Shown here in pieces: positions 58,157 to 64,000 of a DNA stretch of 64,000 bases; within the stretch, counting starts at the first letter, position 1, and each line of letters starts with the position of its first letter. A model generated the notes under the pieces. It saw only the letters and a list, made by a program, of their open reading frames with translations, had not been told where the DNA came from and made no database searches. The position numbers were made by a program, and so were the translations under genes. Source of the stretch: Actinomycetota bacterium (lineage in GTDB: Bacteria; Actinomycetota; Actinomycetes; S36-B12; UBA5976); assembly GCA_016870575.1 (NCBI GenBank), contig VGBH01000001.1, positions 27,083 to 91,082 of the forward strand. Direction: 5' to 3'.

Positions 58157-58390
58157 ATGAGCACCTCAATCGACCAAACTTTGCAACCGATTTCTGATTT
58201 AAAAATTGATGATGGCGATCATGAAAAGTTTTCGCACTATGTCAAGAAGGAAGATATTGTTGAAAGTGCAGTAACTGGTAAACCAGTAATTGCACTTTGT
58301 GGCAAAGTTTGGGTGCCAAATCGCGATCCGCAAAAGTTTCCTGTATGTCCACAATGTCAAGAGATCTTCAGCAAACTAAAGCCAGCATGA
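58157..58390 (+). CDS. DUF3039 small conserved actinobacterial protein
   Basis: 77 aa with GDHEKFSHYV...ALCGKVWVPNRDPQKFPVCPQC. Confidence 0.75.
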   Translation: MSTSIDQTLQPISDLKIDDGDHEKFSHYVKKEDIVESAVTGKPVIALCGKVWVPNRDPQKFPVCPQCQEIFSKLKPA

Positions 58391-60216
58391 AATTGTTGAA
58401 AATAGGGGTTGCAGCAATAACTGCCCTAGCTTTGGCTGGCAGTTTTCTGCTCCCATCGCTTGCCAGTGAAGAGAATACTTCGGTTCCAGTAAATGAAGTT
58501 GACCAATCAATCCCAGCTGTGCCAGTAATTACTGGCTGGCTGCCCTATTGGGATGATGCACCTGGAACCGCAACTGTGATTGCAAATGGTGACATCATTT
58601 CTGAGGCAATGCCGTTTTGGTGGAGCACAGTTGGCAATAGCCAAAGTGTTTCATTAAAAATAAAAAGCACTGGAACAACTCTGGCCAAGCGAACCAGATT
58701 AGTTGGCCAGATGCAGGCTGCTGGAATTAAAGTACTACCAACCATTACCGACTCAACTTGTGTAAATGCATCAACATCATCACTGCCAGCAATTTTTGCA
58801 TCAGATCAGAAGCGGGCAAATTATGTAAGTCAGATAACTCAGTTAGCGCTCACAGAGAATTACGATGGAATTGATTTGGATTTAGAGTGCTTTATGTATG
58901 AGTCCCGGCTTTGGAGTGGATATCAGGCCAATTGGGTTAAGTTTGTAACTGAGCTTGGTTCAGCCCTAAGGGCACAAGGGGATTTGCTGTCAGTTACCAC
59001 CCCACCAATCTATTCCGATACCTCTGGTTACTGGGTTTATGCCTGGAAGCAAATAGGTCCTCAGATTGATCGATTGCGCATTATGGCTTATGACTATTCC
59101 ACTGGTAATTCAAAATGGGATCCAAAAGCCAAGTCTCAAGGCGATGGTGCCATTGCTCCAATGGACTGGGTAAAGCGAATTGTGAACTATGCCGTAAGTG
59201 TGGTTGAGCCAGGCAAAATTTGGCTTGGGGTACCGGCATATGGTCGAAACTGGGTCATTGCTGTTGATGGCGTATGCCCAACACAAGGTGAAGTGCCAAA
59301 TTTAGATCGAGTGACTTGGACTAGCAAAGAAGTTATTCCTAAATTAACTGAGTTAGGTGTTACAACAACTGTTTCTAGATACCACTCGATTCATAAAGAA
59401 CAAAATCTCAGTTACAGTCGAACATTTACTGGCACGAATAATTCTGGCGCAGCTAGGACTTGCACAGTAACCAGAACGGTATGGTGGCAAGATGCCAGAA
59501 GTCACTTTGATCGATTAATGGTGGCAAAAGAAGCAGGTATGGCAGGTATTTCGGTTTGGCGATTAAATGGTGAAGAAGATGAAATGTGGGTTCGCACCAG
59601 ACCATTTGCGCAGTCCATTTCTGAGCAGCCATTAACTGTGGAGTTAAGGCCAGACGCGTTAGTTAAATTAGGTGAGCCAACAACTTTGTCAGCAGCAGTG
59701 CGACCAACAACTGCCGTAGGTGCATCAAGATCAGTTGCAAATGTGCCGGTGAGATTACAGCAACAGAATTCAGATAAATCCTGGAGCGATATTGCAGTTG
59801 CAACTACCGATGCTACGGGGAATGCAGTATTTACGATTAGTGCAATTTTAAGTCGGTTTCGAGTTAGCACTGACTTAGTAACCGGAACTTGGAAACCCGC
59901 TACTTCTAGTGAAGTGATCCCAGCAATTCAGCGAGTAATTGAATTGACCCAAATTTCAACAGCGCCAACAACCAAACGTGGATTAGTTGTTGGTGGGATT
60001 GTCGCCCCTGCCAGCTTAGATAATCCATTAGAACTACAACGCCGAGTGAATAAAAAGTGGGTTTTAATAGGCAGCGCTACATTGCAGGAAAATGGTGCGT
60101 TTAAGTTAAAGTGGGACAAACCTCCAGTGGGTACACATACGTTACGAATAGCGACACCAGCTACACCAAGTTATCCAGCGCTGATATTCAAACTTGGCAA
60201 GATTATGGTTAAGTAA
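58387..60216 (+). CDS. secreted glycoside hydrolase family 18 (chitinase-like) protein with C-terminal beta-rich domains
   Basis: The ATG at 58387 overlaps the DUF3039 stop. The protein has a signal peptide and the GH18 catalytic motif DGIDLDLE. About 190 C-terminal residues look Ig-like. Confidence 0.8.
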   Translation: MKLLKIGVAAITALALAGSFLLPSLASEENTSVPVNEVDQSIPAVPVITGWLPYWDDAPGTATVIANGDIISEAMPFWWSTVGNSQSVSLKIKSTGTTLAKRTRLVGQMQAAGIKVLPTITDSTCVNASTSSLPAIFASDQKRANYVSQITQLALTENYDGIDLDLECFMYESRLWSGYQANWVKFVTELGSALRAQGDLLSVTTPPIYSDTSGYWVYAWKQIGPQIDRLRIMAYDYSTGNSKWDPKAKSQGDGAIAPMDWVKRIVNYAVSVVEPGKIWLGVPAYGRNWVIAVDGVCPTQGEVPNLDRVTWTSKEVIPKLTELGVTTTVSRYHSIHKEQNLSYSRTFTGTNNSGAARTCTVTRTVWWQDARSHFDRLMVAKEAGMAGISVWRLNGEEDEMWVRTRPFAQSISEQPLTVELRPDALVKLGEPTTLSAAVRPTTAVGASRSVANVPVRLQQQNSDKSWSDIAVATTDATGNAVFTISAILSRFRVSTDLVTGTWKPATSSEVIPAIQRVIELTQISTAPTTKRGLVVGGIVAPASLDNPLELQRRVNKKWVLIGSATLQENGAFKLKWDKPPVGTHTLRIATPATPSYPALIFKLGKIMVK

Positions 60217-60265
60217 TTTCTGGTTTTCGGTAGTCAATTTGCAATTATTGTGTAAGTATCGCTAG

Positions 60266-60547
60266 GTGAGCCAGGCAGTAGTACTTCCGCAAGTCAGCGA
60301 TGAGGTTGAAACAACGCAGCCTTTTGCCTGTACGGTATGGAATGACCCAGTAAATTTAATGAGTTATGTAACTTATGTTTTTATGACTTACTTTAACTAT
60401 GCAAAACTCAAAGCAGAAGAACTAATGCTGCAGGTGCACCATAATGGAAAAGCTTATGTTTCATATGGCGATAAAGAGAAAATTGAAAAAGATGTGGCAG
60501 CAATGCATAGCTATGGGCTTTGGGCAACCATTGAGAAAGCAAGTTAA
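60266..60547 (+). CDS. clpS: ATP-dependent Clp protease adaptor ClpS
   Basis: 93 aa with WNDPVNLMSYVTYVF...VHHNGKA. Confidence 0.9.
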   Translation: MSQAVVLPQVSDEVETTQPFACTVWNDPVNLMSYVTYVFMTYFNYAKLKAEELMLQVHHNGKAYVSYGDKEKIEKDVAAMHSYGLWATIEKAS

Positions 60548-61098
60548 TGGCGCACGCATTTAACCGCACTATTACCGGAAAAATTATCGGGCGATTAGAT
60601 CCCGTTGAACAAGCATTGTTGCGTTCTTTGTTAATCCAGCTAGCCAGCCTGCTCCATAAAACAGATGAAAGTGAAAACGCTGATCCGATCGCACAGTTAG
60701 TAGGTATACAAGAACTGGCCGAACGCCCGGAAGATCCAGCTCTTTTACGCTTATTTCCAGACGCTTATCGAGATGATGAGTCAGCTGCAAATGATTTTCG
60801 TAGATATACCGAATCAGGATTGCGAAGTCAAAAAACAAATCGAGTTGATTCGGCAATTGCGATCTTGGATCGAGCAGATAACAAAATTGAGTTAACTTAC
60901 GAAGAAGCACAATTAATGCTCGGTGCGATGAATGACACCAGATTAGTATTAGCGAGCCGGCTGGGGTTAACTAATGAACTTAATCTGGATGGATTGCTAG
61001 CTAAGGAAAGTGAAAGTGGCGGACCTGCTCATATGTATGAGTGGCTTACCTGGCTACAAGAAACATTAGTGCGAGCTATCGCGGATGAAAAAAATTAG
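60547..61098 (+). CDS. DUF2017 domain protein
   Basis: 183 aa. It is a conserved partner immediately downstream of clpS in actinobacteria. Confidence 0.7.
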   Translation: MAHAFNRTITGKIIGRLDPVEQALLRSLLIQLASLLHKTDESENADPIAQLVGIQELAERPEDPALLRLFPDAYRDDESAANDFRRYTESGLRSQKTNRVDSAIAILDRADNKIELTYEEAQLMLGAMNDTRLVLASRLGLTNELNLDGLLAKESESGGPAHMYEWLTWLQETLVRAIADEKN

Positions 61099-61120
61099 GG
61101 CCGCCCATTTTGGACGGCCC
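61098..61120. terminator. GC-rich hairpin between convergent DUF2017 and rhodopsin genes
   Basis: GGGCCG (61098-61103) pairs with CGGCCC (61115-61120), extendable by CC/GG with one bulge. On the minus strand it is followed by TAATTTTTT, so it is a good intrinsic terminator for the rhodopsin gene. Confidence 0.55.
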
Positions 61121-61134
61121 TAATCAATTAGCAA

Positions 61135-61941
61135 TTAGAGCTTAGCTTCAACTTTAGCGAAGCTTGGATCATCTTCCATGCTCTTCAGTCGAGCAATCTT
61201 GAAGATAGTTAGACCAAATAGGCACTTCGCCAAGATGTCTGCAACGGTGTAACCGATCTGACGTGCAACGAAGCCATCCGCTCCAGTGAAGAACTCAGAA
61301 CCGGTCCAATCACCAATCATTGGGAATAGATAGGAGATTGGGTATACGCCCCAAGTTGCAATTAGCAAAAGACGTAGTCGACTAATTGTTGCTTTGACTG
61401 CAGCTGGCTGACCATCTAGTGACTTGGTGAGCTCGACAAACAATACATACAAGATGTAAACGAATGGCAAGGTTGATAGGAAGCCCCAGATTGCTTTTGG
61501 ACCAAGTTCAGATGTGATTTCACCTGGGTAGCCCAAAATAATCATCAATGCTGAAGCTGGAACTAACTTGGTTAGTAATGAAGAACGTCGTGCAGCTGGT
61601 AGCGATAGCACAGCAACTACCTCAACTAGAAGTAGTGGCACAGTTAACAGCCAGTCAACGTAGCGATATGCCTCATTGAAAACTTCAGTTCCTGCCGCAG
61701 CTTCTTTGAATGAATCAAAGATTCTCCAGTAATGATAAGCAGCGATGAAAGTCACCATTGCTGATGCAATTAGTGCCAATCGATACTGTGGCAATACTCG
61801 TGGCTGTGCCACCAGCATAAACACGGTTGTTGCCAACATTGACGCTAAGCCAAGTGACAACGCGTTATAAATTAGATCAAACTGAACTTCAGAAATTCCA
61901 AATTCCTGACCGCCAGTGATTTTGATTATTGCAAAATCCAC
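61135..61941 (-). CDS. actinorhodopsin (xantho/proteorhodopsin-clade light-driven proton pump)
   Basis: It has seven transmembrane helices. Helix C is RYVDWLLTVPLLLVE (DTE motif, Leu at the PR-105 tuning site). Helix G is VADILAK, with the DxxxK retinal lysine. The GTG at 61941 was chosen because GGAGG lies upstream; the longest ORF starts at a TTG at 61971. Confidence 0.9.
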   Translation of the reverse strand: MDFAIIKITGGQEFGISEVQFDLIYNALSLGLASMLATTVFMLVAQPRVLPQYRLALIASAMVTFIAAYHYWRIFDSFKEAAAGTEVFNEAYRYVDWLLTVPLLLVEVVAVLSLPAARRSSLLTKLVPASALMIILGYPGEITSELGPKAIWGFLSTLPFVYILYVLFVELTKSLDGQPAAVKATISRLRLLLIATWGVYPISYLFPMIGDWTGSEFFTGADGFVARQIGYTVADILAKCLFGLTIFKIARLKSMEDDPSFAKVEAKL

Positions 61942-62123
61942 TCTGCCTCCAGCAGATAGGGGTAAGCCCAATGCCTACCCAGTCGTGGCTTTTGGCCACG
62001 GCACAGACTAAATCTTGCACAGAGTCCCCAAGTTGGGCAACTTTTGAACTAGTTTTGCGAGTGAATTCTTTCGCCCCATCCAGCCTGAACGGGATGAACT
62101 CGCCAGCCCCCTACGCTTAAGCC

Positions 62124-62921
62124 GTGAATGACGCGCCGATAGGCATATTGGATTCCGGGGTTGGTGGCCTAACGGTCGCTAGATCCATCATCGATCAGTT
62201 GCCCCAAGAATCGGTCTATTACATCGGTGATACCGAGCACGGCCCATATGGGCCAAAGCCCCTAGCTGAAGTGCGTGAATATGCGCTTGCGGTGATGGAT
62301 CACCTAGTTGCCTCTGGGGTTAAAGCTCTAGTTATTGCTTGCAATACCGCCAGTGCTGCAGTCTTACACGACGCACGTGAGCGATATCAGATACCAGTAA
62401 TTGAAGTAGTTCGACCTGCCGTTAGAAGAGCAGTTGCTGTTACTCGCAACGGCAAAGTCGGAGTAATTGGCACAACGGCAACAATTAAGTCAGGTGCTTA
62501 TCCAGATGCTTTTGCTGCAGCTCCAAACATAGAAGTAATAACAAAAGCCTGCCCGCTGTTTGTTGAATTTGTAGAACGCGGTGAGACAACTGGTGATGAA
62601 GTGATTCAAATAGCACATGAATATTTAGATGATTTGGTTGCACAAGGAATTGACACACTAGTTTTGGGATGTACTCACTATCCATTGCTAACTGCAGTTA
62701 TCTCATATGTAGTAGGACCAAAAATTGCCTTAGTATCAAGTGCGGAAGAAACTGCCCAAGATTTGTTTCAAGCGCTGAAAGAGCGAAAACTATTGAGAAC
62801 AAGGAACACCACGCCACCAGAACATATTTTTGCTGCAACCAAAAATGCACCACAGTTTCAGGCATTGGCTAAAAGATTTCTAGGACCAGTTGTGCAAAAT
62901 GCTAATCAAGTATTAATCTGA
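62124..62921 (+). CDS. murI: glutamate racemase
   Basis: 265 aa with [15 protein letters not shown] and GCTHYP motifs. TACGCT lies 6 nt before the GTG. Confidence 0.95.
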   Translation: MNDAPIGILDSGVGGLTVARSIIDQLPQESVYYIGDTEHGPYGPKPLAEVREYALAVMDHLVASGVKALVIACNTASAAVLHDARERYQIPVIEVVRPAVRRAVAVTRNGKVGVIGTTATIKSGAYPDAFAAAPNIEVITKACPLFVEFVERGETTGDEVIQIAHEYLDDLVAQGIDTLVLGCTHYPLLTAVISYVVGPKIALVSSAEETAQDLFQALKERKLLRTRNTTPPEHIFAATKNAPQFQALAKRFLGPVVQNANQVLI

Positions 62922-62931
62922 AAGAGAATAA

Positions 62932-63657
62932 ATGACTAGAACTGACGGTAGAACTGCAAGTGAATTGCGTCCAGTAACATTCAACATTAACTGGACTAGT
63001 GCACCTGAAGGTTCTTGCTTAATTGATGTAGGAAATACCAGAGTCCTTTGTACAGCTTCAGTTTTTCCTGGGGTACCGAGGTTTAAAAAAGATTCTGGCG
63101 AAGGTTGGATAACCGCTGAATATTCAATGTTGCCGCGGGCAACTTCAACTAGAAGTGATCGAGAGAGCGTTAAGGGAAAACTGGGCGGAAGAACGCAAGA
63201 GATTTCCAGATTAATTGGCCGAAGTATCAGGTCAATTGTGGATATGAAAGCACTGGGCGAAAACACAATTGTGATTGACTGCGATGTCTTGCAAGCCGAT
63301 GGTGGAACGAGAACAGCCGCTATTACGGGTGCTTATGTAGCACTTGCATTAGGAATTAATACGGCAACAGAGAAAGGTTTATTGCCAAGTAGCAATTTAG
63401 TTTTAATTGATTCTGTTGCAGCAATTAGTGTTGGCATAGTTTCAGGAGAAGTGCGATTAGATCTGCATTATGACGATGATTCAGCAGCTGATGTTGATAT
63501 GAATGTTGTGATGACTGGCAATGGCAATTTGGTTGAAGTGCAAGGAACTGCAGAGGGAAAAGCGTTTGAAAGATCAGCTCTAGATCAAATGCTTGATTAT
63601 GCTGCTAAAGGCTGTGCAGACTTAACAAAAATGCAAATTGCGGCACTTAAAAAATGA
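62932..63657 (+). CDS. rph: ribonuclease PH
   Basis: 241 aa with [16 protein letters not shown] and [14 protein letters not shown] motifs. Confidence 0.95.
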   Translation: MTRTDGRTASELRPVTFNINWTSAPEGSCLIDVGNTRVLCTASVFPGVPRFKKDSGEGWITAEYSMLPRATSTRSDRESVKGKLGGRTQEISRLIGRSIRSIVDMKALGENTIVIDCDVLQADGGTRTAAITGAYVALALGINTATEKGLLPSSNLVLIDSVAAISVGIVSGEVRLDLHYDDDSAADVDMNVVMTGNGNLVEVQGTAEGKAFERSALDQMLDYAAKGCADLTKMQIAALKK

Positions 63658-64000
63658 AATACATAGTTGTTGCCAGCACTAATAGTCACAAAATAAGAGA
63701 AATCGAATCAATTATGTTGCCTTATGGGTATCAGATTTCTTCATTATTGGATTATCCAGACCTACCAGATGTGCAAGAAACTGGTGCAACGTTCGAAGAG
63801 AATGCACTGTTAAAAGCACAAACGATTGCTAGACTCATTGATCAACCAGTGCTCGCAGATGATTCTGGAATTGAAGTTGATGCACTTAACCAAATGCCAG
63901 GGGTGCTCTCTGCAAGATGGGCCGGATCGCAAAAGAATGATCAAGCAAATTTAGAATTGTTACTAAGTCAAATGTCTGATGTTCCAAAGGAGCGAAGAAC
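63654..64000 (+). CDS. rdgB: dITP/XTP pyrophosphatase (RdgB/HAM1 family), N-terminal fragment running off the window
   Basis: The ATG overlaps the rph TGA. Translation [18 protein letters not shown]...[14 protein letters not shown]...[10 protein letters not shown] is still open at nt 64000. Confidence 0.9.
   Translation, partial: MKYIVVASTNSHKIREIESIMLPYGYQISSLLDYPDLPDVQETGATFEENALLKAQTIARLIDQPVLADDSGIEVDALNQMPGVLSARWAGSQKNDQANLELLLSQMSDVPKERR

Overview
This is a 64-kb stretch of a tightly packed, low-GC actinobacterial chromosome. Actinobacterial markers are the mycothiol genes mca and mshB, a WhiB regulator, DUF3117, DUF3039, DUF4307 and DUF2017, and a gene order that, from memory, matches the Mycobacterium Rv1008-Rv1229 and Rv3100c-Rv3105c regions. 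A DTE-motif actinorhodopsin and the extreme compaction suggest a freshwater acI/Nanopelagicales-type organism; that placement is inference. I support about 75 protein genes, 2 tRNAs, 1 tmRNA and a few hairpins and promoter-like sites. Most of the window is conserved housekeeping: ispE, glmU, prs, rplY, pth, mfd, mazG, eno, ftsB, ppx, greA, mca, uppS, phoH2, fumA, xseAB, ispH, ychF, mshB, cysS, fdx, dapCD, htrA, tatB, mrp, a Tad pilus operon, prfB, ftsEX, smpB, ssrA, clpS, murI, rph and rdgB. I found no CRISPR array, transposase, integrase or recognisable defence system. The most interesting part lies directly downstream of the tmRNA gene (about 50.4-57.6 kb). It holds a convergent five-gene cluster built around a second, divergent enolase with altered active-site residues. 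That enolase is translationally coupled to an MtnK-like kinase and a mandelate-racemase/MLE-family enzyme, and it faces an Ldh_2 dehydrogenase and an MhpD-like hydratase. I know of no characterised pathway with this composition. Other points worth a second look:
- a well-formed 76-nt class-I tRNA carrying a UAA (Leu) anticodon
- an MFS transporter interrupted by an in-frame TAG
- divergent gene pairs separated by 16-17 nt palindromes that look like overlapping leaderless promoters
- a minimal Tad locus with a 55-codon pilin gene absent from the supplied ORF track
- htrA-tatB without sigE-rseA
- an ftsEX-M23-S41 module unusual for actinobacteria
All calls rest on reading the sequence and the supplied ORF translations. 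No database search or computation was run.
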